Below are positions 28,097-38,917 of a stretch of 64,000 nucleotides of DNA, piece by piece. The notes under the pieces were generated by a model. That model made no database searches and had not been told where the DNA came from. It saw only the letters and a program-made list of their open reading frames with translations. The stretch's first letter is position 1. Each line of letters begins with the position of its first letter. Made by a program: the position numbers and the translations under genes. Source of the DNA: an uncultured Chthoniobacteraceae bacterium (GTDB lineage: Bacteria; Verrucomicrobiota; Verrucomicrobiia; Chthoniobacterales; DYNR01); the NCBI GenBank assembly GCA_964595865.1, contig CAZQRL010000003.1, forward strand, positions 174,083 to 238,082, read 5' to 3'.

Positions 28097-29299
28097 TTAG
28101 TTCAGAAGTCGGAGCGAATTTTCCAGGCGCGGATCCCGCACCGGCCACAGCGGCGTATCGCCGAGTTTTTTCAGGAACACCGCCACCAACGTGGCCCCGA
28201 TGGCCAGGAGGCAGAGCAAGTCCAGCGGGCTGGGGGAGAAGCCGGTTTTGTGTAGAGCCGGCAGCACGATGATGTAAATATCGAGGACGTGCATGAGGAG
28301 AATCCAGACCGCCACGCCGCAGAGGAAGGCGGGGTTCCGTTTGCCAGCTTGCGGAAGCAGCAGCAGGAAGGGCACCCAGAAGTGACCCACCACGAGAATG
28401 ATATTTAGGGTATTCCAGCTCTCGACGTTGCGGATGAGGTAGTAAACGGTCTCTTCGGGGATGTTGGCATACCAGATGAGCATGTATTGGCTGAATCCGA
28501 TGTAGGCCCAGAAAACTGTGAAAGCGAACATCAGCTTGCCAATGATGTGGTAGTGCTCGACGGAGATAATGTTCTGGAAATAGCCCGCGCTGCGCAGTGC
28601 GGTGATGAGGAGAACCAGAATGCAAAGAGAACTGAGGGCAGAACCGGCGAAGAGATAGACTCCCCACATTGTGGAAAACCAGTGGAAATCCAACCCCATG
28701 AGCCAATCCACGGCAGCGAAGGTCAAACAGACTGCGAAGAGGGGCAAGCTGGCAAAGGTGACCTTACGGTTCCAAAGGGTGTAGCGCGCCAGGCCATTTT
28801 TGTCCTGGGCGACGGAGAATTTTTTCAGGAGCCAGGAAGCCAAAGTGAAGAAGCCGAAGTAAAACGCGGCGCGAATCCAGAAGAATGGGACGTTGAGATA
28901 GGCTGCCTTCTCATCGAGGATGACATCCTCGCCCGGGCCCATTTTCATCCAATACCAGAGCTTCGGCGCGACGAAAATGAGCGGAATAAACAGCATCGCC
29001 ATCACCGGCAAGAGCGAGGCGAGGTTTTCCAGTTGGCGCCGCACCACCACGCTCCACTCAGCATCCACAGCGTGATGGACCAACACCCAGAACAGTCCTC
29101 CCATGCAGATGGTGAGAAAGACGGTGAAAGCGAATAGATAGGAAAAAGCGAATTGCTTTGCGTTGTAGAAACCGAGGGCGAAGCAAGCGATGAGGGACAG
29201 CACCGCCAAGACGGCAGCCCCCAGGAATCGGCCTCCGACGTGTTTGTAGTCGAAGTATTCCGTCTTCGGTGCGGATGGAGGAGAGGAGTGGTCGCTCAT
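28097..29299 (-). CDS. actF: Alternative Complex III subunit ActF (NrfD-like membrane subunit)
   Basis: 400-aa polytopic protein following actE with an ATGA overlap, in the canonical act gene order. Confidence 0.75.
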   Translation of the reverse strand: MSDHSSPPSAPKTEYFDYKHVGGRFLGAAVLAVLSLIACFALGFYNAKQFAFSYLFAFTVFLTICMGGLFWVLVHHAVDAEWSVVVRRQLENLASLLPVMAMLFIPLIFVAPKLWYWMKMGPGEDVILDEKAAYLNVPFFWIRAAFYFGFFTLASWLLKKFSVAQDKNGLARYTLWNRKVTFASLPLFAVCLTFAAVDWLMGLDFHWFSTMWGVYLFAGSALSSLCILVLLITALRSAGYFQNIISVEHYHIIGKLMFAFTVFWAYIGFSQYMLIWYANIPEETVYYLIRNVESWNTLNIILVVGHFWVPFLLLLPQAGKRNPAFLCGVAVWILLMHVLDIYIIVLPALHKTGFSPSPLDLLCLLAIGATLVAVFLKKLGDTPLWPVRDPRLENSLRLLN

Positions 29300-30030
29300 G
29301 GCAAATTCAAAGAGGCAGTTTCCGCGCCAGCAGCCGGGGGGGCGGCATCACCGCCACGGAGGCGGGAAAGTTCCGCCGGGGGCAGCTCATCGGCCGGCAC
29401 GCGGCGAGAACGCTGCAAGGCGCGGAGATAGGCGATAATCGCCCAACGGTCCGGCACCTGGATGTTGTGCCCATAGCCCATCATGGTGTTTTTCCCGTGG
29501 GTGATGGTATTGAAAATTTCGCCGTCGGCCATTTGCACGATGCGTTCTTGATGCAGGTTGGCGATGGCATTCAGGCCAAATTCTCCGGCAACCCCGTTTC
29601 CTAGACCGACCGCCCCGTGGCAGACCCGGCAGTTGATATTGTAGCGCTCGCGCCCGCGGGCCATGACCTCGTCATCAATGGCAATCGGCAGCCCGGTGCC
29701 CCATTGGTCACCCATTTTTCCGGTGTTGTAGTAGTCCGGACTGCTGGTGAAGGCGATTTGCTTGTAGGGTCCTTGCATCTCCACGATGGCCCCATCGGCA
29801 TCGCGCAGCGGGATCGAGTAGCCCAGCGGCACCGTTCCTGCCACCGGCAGACGGGAGGCCCGGGTGTCGGCGAAAAATGTGCTCGGCTTTTGCGCCTTGA
29901 CCTTAGGCTGCCGATCCATGTCCGGGAAAATTTCGATCGGGGGCTGCTTGAAAAATTGCCCACGGAATCCGGCCAAGGAAATAATGACCACGATGGTGAG
30001 GGCGAAGAGGGCGAAGAAGTAGCGCAGCAT
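29296..30030 (-). CDS. actE: Alternative Complex III monohaem cytochrome c subunit ActE
   Basis: 244 aa with an N-terminal TM segment and a single CRVCHG site (...GEIFNTITHGKNTMMGY). Confidence 0.8.
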   Translation of the reverse strand: MLRYFFALFALTIVVIISLAGFRGQFFKQPPIEIFPDMDRQPKVKAQKPSTFFADTRASRLPVAGTVPLGYSIPLRDADGAIVEMQGPYKQIAFTSSPDYYNTGKMGDQWGTGLPIAIDDEVMARGRERYNINCRVCHGAVGLGNGVAGEFGLNAIANLHQERIVQMADGEIFNTITHGKNTMMGYGHNIQVPDRWAIIAYLRALQRSRRVPADELPPAELSRLRGGDAAPPAAGAETASLNLP

Positions 30031-30036
30031 GGGAGA

Positions 30037-30600
30037 TTAGTCCTCGTCGTGGATGAGGGTGACGTGGGTCCCCCCCAGGGTCTTGAGCAGTTCCGGAGTG
30101 GCTTCTGGGTTGAACTGCGGATCTTCCGCTTCGATGGCGATAAAAAAGCCGTCGTCGGTCACCTTGGCGAATCGGTCCCAATTGAACATCGGGTGGTTGA
30201 AGCGAGGCAGACCGTTGAGAATCAGCATGCCAAAGACGGCGGTGAAGGCGGAGAGCAGAATGGTCAGCTCAAACATCACCGGGAAAAAAGCCGGCACGGT
30301 GAAGAAATCGGTGGGCTTGCCAGCGACAACCAGCGGATAGAGCCAGCTGGAGGTGAAGAATTGCAGAAAGACCGCGAGGGAGAATCCGCTCAGACCACCC
30401 AGGAAAACCAGGGCGCTGAGCCAGGATTTGCCGATGCCCATGGCTTCATTCATGCCGTGAATGGGGAAAGGAGAGAAGGTATCCCAACGCCGGTAACCGA
30501 GGTCGCGGAGGGTCTCGGCCGCATGGTAGAGGGACCGCACATCCGGGAACTCGGCGGCGATGGCGTGGATTTTGGCTTGGGGATTACCAGCGATTTCCAT
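30037..30600 (-). CDS. actD: Alternative Complex III subunit ActD (DUF3341)
   Basis: ORF 30037..30657. The ATG at 30600 (MEIAGNPQAKIHAIAAEF) lies 1 nt after the actC stop. Soluble N-terminal half plus two TM segments. Confidence 0.8.
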   Translation of the reverse strand: MEIAGNPQAKIHAIAAEFPDVRSLYHAAETLRDLGYRRWDTFSPFPIHGMNEAMGIGKSWLSALVFLGGLSGFSLAVFLQFFTSSWLYPLVVAGKPTDFFTVPAFFPVMFELTILLSAFTAVFGMLILNGLPRFNHPMFNWDRFAKVTDDGFFIAIEAEDPQFNPEATPELLKTLGGTHVTLIHDED

Positions 30601-30601
30601 G

Positions 30602-32014
30602 TTAGTGGTGCGAGCCGTGGTGAGGGTCTGCTTCCGGCAGGACCGCTTTGACTTCAAACATACAGATCATTGGCAGGAAGCGGATGAACAAAAGGAAGAG
30701 CGTCGTAAAAAGTCCGAAGGTGCCGACAAAGGTGAAAATATCCACCCAAGTGGGATGGAATTGCCGCCAGATGGAGGGCATGAAATCGCGTTCGAGGGTC
30801 GTGCCAATGATGACGAAGCGTTCGAACCACATCCCGATGTTCGGGAATTGCACCAGGATCCAAACCCAAATCCAGTTGTAGCGGAAATAACGGAACCAGA
30901 AGAACTGCGGCGCAATGACGTTGCAAAACATCATCACCCAGTAATTCCAAGAGGATGGCCCGGTGGCTCGATACCAGAAAGCTGCGCGCTCGTAGGGATT
31001 GGCTCCATACCAGGCGATAAAGAGCTCCATGAGGTAGGCGTAGCCGACGATCGAGCCCGTGAGCAAAATGATCTTACACATTTTGTCCACGTGCGAGGGA
31101 GTCACCAGATCCCCGAGCGGTTTGTAGATGGCCGCCGCAGGAATCATGATGGTCAAGACCATAGCAAAGCCGCCGAAAATGGCCCCAGCGACAAAGTAAG
31201 GCGGGAAAATCGTGGTGTGCCAGCCGGGCACGACGGAAGTGGCAAAGTCAAAGGACACCACAGAGTGCACCGAAAGCACCAGCGGCGTGGAGAGACCGGC
31301 GAGGATGAGGTAAGCCATTTCGTAGTGCTTCCACTGCCGATTGCCGCCCCGCCAACCCAGCGCCGCGATGCCGTAGAAAAACTTGCGGATTTTTGTTTTC
31401 GCCCGGTCACGCAGAGTCGCCAGGTCGGGAATCAGCCCGGTATACCAGAAGAGCACCGAGACGGTGAAATAGGTCGAAACGGCAAAGACGTCCCAAAGCA
31501 ACGGACTGCGGAAGTTTTGCCAGATCGCATTCGCATTCGGCACCGGGGCGAGGAACCACACCATCCAGACCCGGCCCACGTGGAGAGCCGGGTAGATGCC
31601 GGCGCAGACCACGGCAAAAAGGGTCATGGCTTCAGCGGCGCGGTTGATGGAGGTGCGCCATTTTTGCCGCGTGAGGAACAAGATGGCAGAGATGAGGGTG
31701 CCGGCGTGGCCGATGCCAATCCAGAAGACGAAATTGGTGATGTCCCAAGCCCAGCCCACGGGGTGGTTATTGCCCCAGACGCCGACCCCGGTAGCAATGA
31801 GGTAGGCCAAGAGCGAGAAGCACATGAGGGTCATGGGCACGGTCACGCCCATGGCCAACCACCACCAAGTCGGAGTTTTACTTTCGACGATGGAGCTGAC
31901 GTAGTTGCCGATCCAGCCCATGGTGCGCTGATTGAGCACCAGCGGGGGACGTTCAATCTGGGCGGTTTCCGAGCGGAGCTCGGGAGGTTCGAAAGTTGCC
32001 GTTCCTTGAGCCAT
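30602..32014 (-). CDS. actC: Alternative Complex III quinol-binding subunit ActC (NrfD/PsrC family)
   Basis: 470-aa polytopic protein with NrfD-like helices, located after actB. Confidence 0.85.
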   Translation of the reverse strand: MAQGTATFEPPELRSETAQIERPPLVLNQRTMGWIGNYVSSIVESKTPTWWWLAMGVTVPMTLMCFSLLAYLIATGVGVWGNNHPVGWAWDITNFVFWIGIGHAGTLISAILFLTRQKWRTSINRAAEAMTLFAVVCAGIYPALHVGRVWMVWFLAPVPNANAIWQNFRSPLLWDVFAVSTYFTVSVLFWYTGLIPDLATLRDRAKTKIRKFFYGIAALGWRGGNRQWKHYEMAYLILAGLSTPLVLSVHSVVSFDFATSVVPGWHTTIFPPYFVAGAIFGGFAMVLTIMIPAAAIYKPLGDLVTPSHVDKMCKIILLTGSIVGYAYLMELFIAWYGANPYERAAFWYRATGPSSWNYWVMMFCNVIAPQFFWFRYFRYNWIWVWILVQFPNIGMWFERFVIIGTTLERDFMPSIWRQFHPTWVDIFTFVGTFGLFTTLFLLFIRFLPMICMFEVKAVLPEADPHHGSHH

Positions 32015-32021
32015 GGGTAGG

Positions 32022-35000
32022 TTATCCTGCGTGGGTTTCTGCGCCGTGGGTTACCCCGGTGGGGATTTCGCTCTGCGGTTCGGCGTGGGAGTCGCCGTGT
32101 CCGCCATGCCAATTGCTATTGATTTTGCCGATCAATTCCGCCCCGGGCATGCGCGGGTTGGGGTTTTTGATGCGCGCCAGGTAGGTGATTCGAGGCCGGG
32201 CATTGATGTAGGTGAACATCGTGTAGCCGCGCTCATCTTCCCGCAGCTTGGCGACCGCGCTTGCGGGATCGTTCTGATTCCCGAAGGTGATGGCATCCGC
32301 CGGGCAGGCCTGTTGGCAGGCGACTTGGAAGGGCCCGACTGGAACGTCGTTTTTGTTGCGTGGACCAGCCTCGACGAGGCGGGCGATCTTGGCCTCTTCG
32401 ATGCGTTGAATGCAGAAAGTGCACTTTTCCATGACCCCGCGCATGCGCACCGTCACGTTGGGGTTTTTCACCATCTTGAGGCTTTCGGCCATGCCTTTCT
32501 TGGCCACCGGGCCCCAGTAGAGTTGGTCGAGCGGACGCTCGTTGTAATCGAAAAAGTTGAAGCGCCGCACTTTCCACGGGCAGTTGTTGGCGCAGTAGCG
32601 CGTGCCGATGCAGCGGTTGTAGGCCATGAGATTGAGCCCATCTTCGCTGTGCACCGTGGCATTGACCGGACATACCGTTTCGCAGGGAGCGTTTTCGCAT
32701 TGTTGGCAAAGGATGGCCTGGGGCAACATCTCCGGGGCTTCGGGTTCACCGGCAAACCAACGGTCTATGCGAATCCAAGCCATTTCCCGACCCCGGCGAA
32801 CCTGATCTTTACCCACCACGGGTACGTTGTTTTCTGCCCGGCAAGCCACCAAGCAGGCGTTGCAGCCGGTGCAGACATTCAGGTCTATGGTCATGGCCCA
32901 CTGCTCTTTGGCGGTGAGAAAGTCGTTTTTGAAGAGCTGATGCCCTTGCTGGACCAGCGGAGTGAGGTGGGCGAACTCGCTCATTTCCATGGGGAAGCGC
33001 GGGTTTTTCTCGAAGACTTCCAGGGGCCCTTCGCGGAAAAGATCGCGCCCTTCCATGCTCTGGTGTTCCTGGGTCCGAGCCAGGGTATATTTTTCTCCAA
33101 GCGATTTTACGGTGACGCCGGTAGTAAAGCGGGGAGATTTTGCGGTCCGCAATGGGTAAGCGTCGAAACCGACATTATCCATGAGCGCGGAGACGTTCTG
33201 GCGACCATAGCCCAGCGCGATGGCGAAAGAGCCCTCGGCTTGCCCCGGGGCGATAATCGCAGCGGTGCGTAAAGAGCGATCCCCGGCAGTGACCTCAACC
33301 AGGCTTCCATCCTGGATTCTAAGGCGTTTGGCATCCGCCGGACTTACCAGGAGCGCATTGTCCCAGGTGAGTTTGGTGACGAAATCGGGGGTTTCTTGCA
33401 GCCAGGAATTGTTGGCATAGCGCCCATCGTCCACGCTGGAGCTTTGCAGGAAAACCAATTCTTCGCCGGCCACTGGCAGCAGAGGACTGGCTTGAATCGC
33501 GCTCACGGCCGGGGCGGTTTGGAAGGGGGCTTCAGCGATCGGGAAGGCGCTATCGGGGAGGAAGCCTTGGCGGAGGAAATCATTCCAAGCCAACTGGAAG
33601 GCCTCACCAGCGAGGCCAGTGCGAGTGGCAAAAGTTTGTTGCACCAAGGCTGGGCCTTCCGGGGCAGGTTGGCCAAGTAGCGCATGGTAGATTTCCAGCT
33701 CGGACACGCCGTTCCAGAGCGGTAAAATCATCGGCTGCACCGAAGTCAAAGTTCCGTCGGGAGTAAATCCATCGGACCAAAATTCTAAGTAGTGCGCCGC
33801 CGGAACGTGCCAGGAACAGAGCTTGGAGGTCTCGTCTTCGAAAAGGCCGTGATGAATGGTCTGCGGGACCTGTTTGAGCAACTCGGCGAAATTAAGGTCC
33901 GCGGGAGCATTGTAGGCGGGATTTCCTCCCAAAATGAACAGCGTGGAAATCTGCCCGGCCCGCATCCGCTGCGCCAAATCTCCAATGGAGGCCGGAGTCG
34001 GCTCGATGGGACCTTGGCGAAAGATCAAGGTCCTCCCGCGTGCCCCCAAAGCTTCGTTAAGCGCCAGGCCAAGGATTTGCACTGCAAGGGGTTGCTGGGG
34101 TCCCACAACCACAAGCGAGCTTCCGGAGTGCGCGACTAGGTCGTCGGCACAGGCTTCGATCCAAGCGGGATCCACCTCGGTGGGCGGAGCCGCGAGAGTT
34201 TGCCACACTGCCCGCAGGCCCGGATGGTTGATCTTTTCCAAGACCTTGCTGCCGATGGCGGCAGCGGCAGCGGCGATTTGGCTTGCCGGCACGGCCAACC
34301 GATGGTCTGCCATGCCCCCAGTGAGCGAGTAGGTGCTCTCGAGGCAGTAGAGACGGTTCATTTTCCCGCCGTCTTGCTTGGGAGCCCGGCGGGCACTAAA
34401 CCCCCGCGCGAAGCTGATGCCGGTTTCTCCGCAGTTGAGAAAATCGCTGTCTAGCGCAAGAATCCGGTCCGCGGCCTGGAAATTCGGTTGCGTGCAAATG
34501 CCCGGACCGTAGGCCGCACCCACGGCTTGTTCATAGAGCGAATTCCCGAGCGGTTCATATTCGGCCCAGGTAAGATTGGGAAATTCGGCCAGGAGCGATT
34601 GCCGCAGGCGGGCGCGAGTCGGAGAATTGTCGGCTTGCACCAAGAACGCCAAGCCCTGGCCATCGGCTTGGTGCGCTTGGCGGACCGCAGCGATAAACTC
34701 CGCGAAGGCTTCCGGAGTGGAAACCTCCCCTGCTTGGAGAAAGTTCTTCGAGCGGTGCGGATCATAGAGATCCAATACCGAGGCTTGGGCAAAGCCATCG
34801 GTGCCACCATTGCTGGCCGGGTGGAGGGGGTTGCCTTCCAGCTTGATCGGGCGTCCGTCCACCGTGGTGGCGATGAGCGGCATGGTGCCGAGCCGGGTCG
34901 GCATGGCAGTGGCGTAATAGAGATTCTTCCCGGGAATGGTGAACTCGGCCGTCTGGGTGAAAGGTACTAGATAAGATTCCGGACGGCGGCATCCGGTGAG

Positions 35001-35204
35001 TCCAACCCCTGCGAGGGCCATGGAGGCCCCGAGCAGCTTCATAAAGTCCCGTCGGGAATAGCCGCTGTCCTCATAAATATCTGCGCCCCGGGGAAACTCC
35101 CGGTGCAGCCACTCTTGAAAGTCGGGCGTGTTTTCAAGCTCGCCAAGGCTGCGCCACATTTTCGGGCGTGCCTCCCGAGGAGGATGCAAATGGATTTTTT
35201 TCAT
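32022..35204 (-). CDS. actB: Alternative Complex III subunit ActB (molybdopterin-oxidoreductase-like plus 4Fe-4S domains, Tat signal)
   Basis: ORF 32022..35369. The ATG at 35204 forms an ATGA overlap with actA. Twin-arginine signal [17 protein letters not shown]. Ferredoxin clusters [37 protein letters not shown]. Confidence 0.9.
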   Translation of the reverse strand: MKKIHLHPPREARPKMWRSLGELENTPDFQEWLHREFPRGADIYEDSGYSRRDFMKLLGASMALAGVGLTGCRRPESYLVPFTQTAEFTIPGKNLYYATAMPTRLGTMPLIATTVDGRPIKLEGNPLHPASNGGTDGFAQASVLDLYDPHRSKNFLQAGEVSTPEAFAEFIAAVRQAHQADGQGLAFLVQADNSPTRARLRQSLLAEFPNLTWAEYEPLGNSLYEQAVGAAYGPGICTQPNFQAADRILALDSDFLNCGETGISFARGFSARRAPKQDGGKMNRLYCLESTYSLTGGMADHRLAVPASQIAAAAAAIGSKVLEKINHPGLRAVWQTLAAPPTEVDPAWIEACADDLVAHSGSSLVVVGPQQPLAVQILGLALNEALGARGRTLIFRQGPIEPTPASIGDLAQRMRAGQISTLFILGGNPAYNAPADLNFAELLKQVPQTIHHGLFEDETSKLCSWHVPAAHYLEFWSDGFTPDGTLTSVQPMILPLWNGVSELEIYHALLGQPAPEGPALVQQTFATRTGLAGEAFQLAWNDFLRQGFLPDSAFPIAEAPFQTAPAVSAIQASPLLPVAGEELVFLQSSSVDDGRYANNSWLQETPDFVTKLTWDNALLVSPADAKRLRIQDGSLVEVTAGDRSLRTAAIIAPGQAEGSFAIALGYGRQNVSALMDNVGFDAYPLRTAKSPRFTTGVTVKSLGEKYTLARTQEHQSMEGRDLFREGPLEVFEKNPRFPMEMSEFAHLTPLVQQGHQLFKNDFLTAKEQWAMTIDLNVCTGCNACLVACRAENNVPVVGKDQVRRGREMAWIRIDRWFAGEPEAPEMLPQAILCQQCENAPCETVCPVNATVHSEDGLNLMAYNRCIGTRYCANNCPWKVRRFNFFDYNERPLDQLYWGPVAKKGMAESLKMVKNPNVTVRMRGVMEKCTFCIQRIEEAKIARLVEAGPRNKNDVPVGPFQVACQQACPADAITFGNQNDPASAVAKLREDERGYTMFTYINARPRITYLARIKNPNPRMPGAELIGKINSNWHGGHGDSHAEPQSEIPTGVTHGAETHAG

Positions 35205-35860
35205 CGGTGACAGCCTCCGCAGGTGACCGGCGGGTTCACATCCCAAGCCTCTTTGAAGGCGAGGCCGATTTCTCGCTGGGTGGTTCCCGCCACAGGTGTC
35301 CACTTCATGTTGTAGATCTCTTCCGGCGGGCGGAGGAAATTCTCGGGAGCGCGGTGACAATCCAAACACCAGCTCATGCTTTGCGGCTCATGTTGATAGA
35401 CCACTTGCATTGCACTAACGTCTCCGTGACAGCTTTGGCAGCTCACACCGCGGTTCACGTGCACCGCGTGATTGAAGTAGGTGTAATCCGGCACTTGGTG
35501 AATCCGCACCCAGTTGATCGGCTGGCCGGTGGCCCAGCTCTCCCGCACTGCTGCCAGCTTGGGGCTGTCCCAGCGGATTTTGCCCTCGCCGTGGCAACCG
35601 ATGCAGGTCGCGGTAGTGGGGACGTTGGAGTGAGAAGCGACTTCCACGTAGCTGTGGCAGTAGCGGCAATCCATCCCCAGCTGCTCCACGTGAATGACGT
35701 GAGAGAAAGGCACCGGTTGGTCCGGCATGTAGCCAACCCGCGTGTATTTCGGCGTGAAGTAATACCAGATGCCTCCGACCAGCAACGTGCCGATGCCGCC
35801 AAGCATAATGAGGATCTTCGGAGCGATCCAGTTGGTGTATTTCGGAAAAAAATTTGCCAT
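35201..35860 (-). CDS. actA: Alternative Complex III pentahaem cytochrome c subunit ActA
   Basis: ORF 35201..35989, with the start at 35860 (MANFFPKYTNW, TM anchor). Five CxxCH sites: CRYCH, CIGCH, CQSCH, CLDCH, CGGCH. Confidence 0.85.
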   Translation of the reverse strand: MANFFPKYTNWIAPKILIMLGGIGTLLVGGIWYYFTPKYTRVGYMPDQPVPFSHVIHVEQLGMDCRYCHSYVEVASHSNVPTTATCIGCHGEGKIRWDSPKLAAVRESWATGQPINWVRIHQVPDYTYFNHAVHVNRGVSCQSCHGDVSAMQVVYQHEPQSMSWCLDCHRAPENFLRPPEEIYNMKWTPVAGTTQREIGLAFKEAWDVNPPVTCGGCHR

Positions 35861-36273
35861 GCGGCGCGTGGTCTTCGGAGGTGGGTGGGTAAAAAAAGCA
35901 GGATGAAATCTTCCTCGTCTCAGCGGCCCTGCACCAGTCCGATTCTCGAAGGCCACTGCGCTTTTCGAAGGCTTCTGGTTCAGGCTCACTGGGAGCGGTT
36001 GCTCGCAACTTTTTACGCCCCGGCTTTCCTTTTGGGAATTCCAGATTCTTCCGCGAAGAAATTTTTTTTCGCGACAGACTTGGAGCTTTCGGGCTGCGAG
36101 GGGGTAAGGGTTAGTGAAGAATTTGCAGTCCTGTCAACAACCCCCTGCGATTTTTTGCAAAATTTTCTTGACTAATCGGATTTTTATATCCGCTTTTTTC
36201 ATGGGGGGGTTTACTCGCGACTCTGGCGAACTCCGGCGGTCAACAGCCCGTTGAAAAAATCCGAAAAAATTTC

Positions 36274-36302
36274 TTGCCTCGAAGATGGAGCTGTGATGCA
36301 AT
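36274..36302 (+). promoter_or_regulatory. candidate sigma70-type promoter for rplK (TTGCCT-N17-TGCAAT)
   Basis: Hexamers read directly, with a 17-nt spacer, ~100 nt upstream of the rplK ATG. Promoter rules for this lineage are uncertain. Confidence 0.25.
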
Positions 36303-36400
36303 TCCCGACCCGCTTGGGCTCGGAAGAGTGTTTTCCTTACCTCTTCCAAATCCAGCTCCGTTGCGGGAGATTCTTTTCCTTTCCCAATTTCACCTGACCC

Positions 36401-36829
36401 ATGGCCAAAGAAATCGTCGCTACCATCAAACTGCAGATTCCTGCAGGTCAAGCCAATCCAGCTCCGCCTGTGGGGCCCGCGCTGGGGCAAAACGGGGTCA
36501 ACATCATGGGTTTCTGCAAGGAGTTCAATGCGGCGACCCAAAAACAAGCCGGCGACATCCTGCCGGTGGTGATTACGGTTTACAAAGACAAATCTTTTAC
36601 CTTCATCACCAAAAAACCTCCGGCTTCGATTCTGCTGAAAAAGGCCGCTGGGATTGCTGCGGGGTCCAAGGAACCCAACAAAAACAAAGTCGCCAAGCTC
36701 ACCCGCAAGCAAGTGATGGATGTGGTGAAGGTCAAGATGCCGGACATGAACGCGACCTCGGAAGAAGCGGCTTACCGCACCTTGTGTGGCACCGCGCGCC
36801 AGATGGGTATCGAAGTCGTGGACGCCTAA
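36401..36829 (+). CDS. rplK: 50S ribosomal protein L11
   Basis: 142 aa: [30 protein letters not shown]. Confidence 0.95.
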   Translation: MAKEIVATIKLQIPAGQANPAPPVGPALGQNGVNIMGFCKEFNAATQKQAGDILPVVITVYKDKSFTFITKKPPASILLKKAAGIAAGSKEPNKNKVAKLTRKQVMDVVKVKMPDMNATSEEAAYRTLCGTARQMGIEVVDA

Positions 36830-36916
36830 GTTCGGCAAGCCTGGACCGATTTTCCCCTTCAACCTCAACGCAAACCTGCAGGAGTCTCCCGAGAGACGCT
36901 AACACTGCTCCCAACC

Positions 36917-37618
36917 ATGCAAAAAAAACGCAGCAAACGATACCGCGCCGCCGCGGAAAAAATTGATTCCAAGAAGAAGTTCGCCCTAAGTGAAGCAGTC
37001 ACCCTGCTCAAGTCGCTTCCGGCCACCAAGTTCGACCAGACGGTCACCTTATCATTTAAGCTGGGAGTGGATCCGCGCCAGAGCGATCAAATGGTCCGCG
37101 GGACCTGCCCTCTACCACACGGCAGTGGGAAAAGTGTGCGGGTCTTGGTTTTCGCCACTGGTGCCGCTGCTTTGGCAGCCAAAGAAGCCGGTGCCGAATA
37201 CGTCGGGTTTGAAGATCTCATCAAACAAATCCAAGCCGGTTTTTCCGATTTTGACGTGGCCGTAGCAACGCCCGCTGCCATGGCCGAAGTGCGTAAACTC
37301 GGGAAATTCCTCGGCCCGCGCGGCCTGATGCCCAACCCCAAGACTGGCACCGTCACCGAAGATACTGCCAAAGCTGTGCAGGAAGTCAAAGCCGGACGCG
37401 TCGAGTTCAAGCTCGACAAAAACGCCAACGTGGCTGTGCCGGTCGGGAAATTTTCCTTTTCTCCGGAAGCCTTGGTGGACAACGGCAAGGCGGTGATCGA
37501 GGCGGTAGTTCGTGCCCGCCCGGCCACGGCTAAAGGCACTTTTGTGGAAGCCATCACCCTCAGCGCCACCATGCTGCCCGGCATCAAGCTGGATCCCGCT
37601 CCATTCCTGAAAAACTAA
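36917..37618 (+). CDS. rplA: 50S ribosomal protein L1
   Basis: 233 aa: FDQTVTLSFKLGVDPRQSDQMVRG...GPRGLMPNPKTGTV. Confidence 0.95.
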   Translation: MQKKRSKRYRAAAEKIDSKKKFALSEAVTLLKSLPATKFDQTVTLSFKLGVDPRQSDQMVRGTCPLPHGSGKSVRVLVFATGAAALAAKEAGAEYVGFEDLIKQIQAGFSDFDVAVATPAAMAEVRKLGKFLGPRGLMPNPKTGTVTEDTAKAVQEVKAGRVEFKLDKNANVAVPVGKFSFSPEALVDNGKAVIEAVVRARPATAKGTFVEAITLSATMLPGIKLDPAPFLKN

Positions 37619-37630
37619 CTTTCCACCACT

Positions 37631-38149
37631 ATGCGTCCCGAAAAAGCTTCTATCATTGATTACGTCCAGGAAAAACTGGGCGCCTCCCCATTCCTTCTGG
37701 TGGTGGAATATACCGGCATGAAGGTCCCGCACTTTGCCGAGCTCCGCAAACGTCTCGCTGAAAGCGGAGCCGAGTGCCATGTGGTGAAAAACACCATGCT
37801 CCGCCGCGCCGCAGAAACCTTGGATTGGCCAGAAATCAAGGATTGTCTGGGTGGACAGGTGGCCATGATTACCGGGCCGAGCGATATTTGCGCCGCCGCC
37901 AAAGTGGTCAAGTCCTTCAAGGCAGAATTCGAGCGTCCAGAAATCAAGGGAGGTATCCTCGATCGAGCCGTCTTGCAGGTGGAGCAGATCCTCGCTTTGG
38001 CCGATCTGCCCTCCAAACCTGTCCTGCAAGCAACCCTCCTTGGCTTGCTGCAGGCACCCGCCTCGAAGCTGGTCCGCCTCCTCAACGAACCCGCCGCCAG
38101 CTTGGCCCGTGTTCTGCAAGCCAAAGTGGACGCCAGCTCCGCGGGCTAA
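37631..38149 (+). CDS. rplJ: 50S ribosomal protein L10
   Basis: 172 aa with an L10-like N-terminus ([12 protein letters not shown]...LRKRL...VVKNTML), between rplA and rplL. Confidence 0.9.
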   Translation: MRPEKASIIDYVQEKLGASPFLLVVEYTGMKVPHFAELRKRLAESGAECHVVKNTMLRRAAETLDWPEIKDCLGGQVAMITGPSDICAAAKVVKSFKAEFERPEIKGGILDRAVLQVEQILALADLPSKPVLQATLLGLLQAPASKLVRLLNEPAASLARVLQAKVDASSAG

Positions 38150-38242
38150 AACCCACCATTTTCCACATGGAATAAACTTTCGGAGGCGGTCGAGAAGCCG
38201 CCGCCGCCGAAACCACAAAACAACCTGGTTCCTCGTCGGGTT

Positions 38243-38254
38243 CGACAGCTGTCG
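38243..38254. repeat. perfect 12-nt palindrome CGACAGCTGTCG in the rplJ-rplL spacer
   Basis: Read directly from the sequence. It lies in an unusually long 160-nt spacer. Confidence 0.9.
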
Positions 38255-38309
38255 GATCTTAAATGCCCTGAGGCTTCGGGGCGCGACGATACCGCAAAAA
38301 CCTGATACA

Positions 38310-38693
38310 ATGGCAGATACCCAAGAACTCGTCGAAAAGCTCAGCGCGTTGACCGTGCTGGAAGTTGCCGACCTCGTCAAACAACTCGAAGAAAAGTGGG
38401 GCGTTAGCGCCGCCGCTCCGGTGGCCGTGGCCGCTGCTCCCGCCGCTGGGGGAGCCGCTGCTCCCGCTGCTGAGGAAAAGACCTCCTTCGATGTCATTCT
38501 AGCTGAAGCTGGGGCCAACAAGATCGCCGTCATTAAAGAAGTGCGCGCCGCGGTTCAAGGCCTCGGTCTGGCCGAAGCCAAGGCTCTCGTCGAAAGCGCT
38601 CCCAAGGCGCTGAAAGAAGGCGTGACCAAGGAAGAAGCCGAAGAGATCAAGAAGAAGATCGAGGCGGCTGGTGCCAAGGTCGAGATCAAGTAA
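38310..38693 (+). CDS. rplL: 50S ribosomal protein L7/L12
   Basis: ORF 38040..38693. The true start is at 38310 ([32 protein letters not shown]), followed by an Ala/Pro hinge and a C-terminal domain ending ...[14 protein letters not shown]. Confidence 0.95.
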   Translation: MADTQELVEKLSALTVLEVADLVKQLEEKWGVSAAAPVAVAAAPAAGGAAAPAAEEKTSFDVILAEAGANKIAVIKEVRAAVQGLGLAEAKALVESAPKALKEGVTKEEAEEIKKKIEAAGAKVEIK

Positions 38694-38724
38694 TTTTTCT
38701 CTCCGCAGAATCCGGCAAGCTTGC

Positions 38725-38773
38725 GGCGGAGCGCAAAATTTTCTTTTGACAAGAAAAAAACTTGCGCTCCGCC
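38725..38773 (+). promoter_or_regulatory. strong hairpin (12-bp perfect stem GGCGGAGCGCAA/TTGCGCTCCGCC) in the rplL-rpoB leader
   Basis: The arms at 38725-38736 and 38762-38773 are exact reverse complements. The loop can add TTTCTT/AAGAAA pairing. No T-tract follows. Confidence 0.45.
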
Positions 38774-38853
38774 CTGCTCCGGTTAGCAATTTCCCTTCCC
38801 CAAACCGCACCCTGAAGACCCCAACACCCTTTACCGCTCACCTTTATCCTTAA

Positions 38854-38917
38854 GCCTGCAAGCTTGCCCGGACCGCACTCCCACGTCCTTGTCTTGGCAA
38901 GCTTTCAGGCCTTTTTG
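38854..38917 (+). terminator. putative rplL-rpoB attenuator/terminator (15-bp stem with 1 mismatch, then CTTTTTG)
   Basis: GCCTGCAAGCTTGCC (38854-38868) pairs with GGCAAGCTTTCAGGC (38896-38910), followed by a T5 run. This is analogous to the partial terminator known between rplL and rpoB in E. coli. Confidence 0.5.

Noticed and set aside
36310-36400. L1/L11 autoregulatory leader upstream of rplK (GCGGGAGAUUC and a small GACCC/GGGCTC hairpin).
   Set aside because: I cannot reproduce the consensus from memory with enough certainty. It needs an Rfam covariance-model scan.
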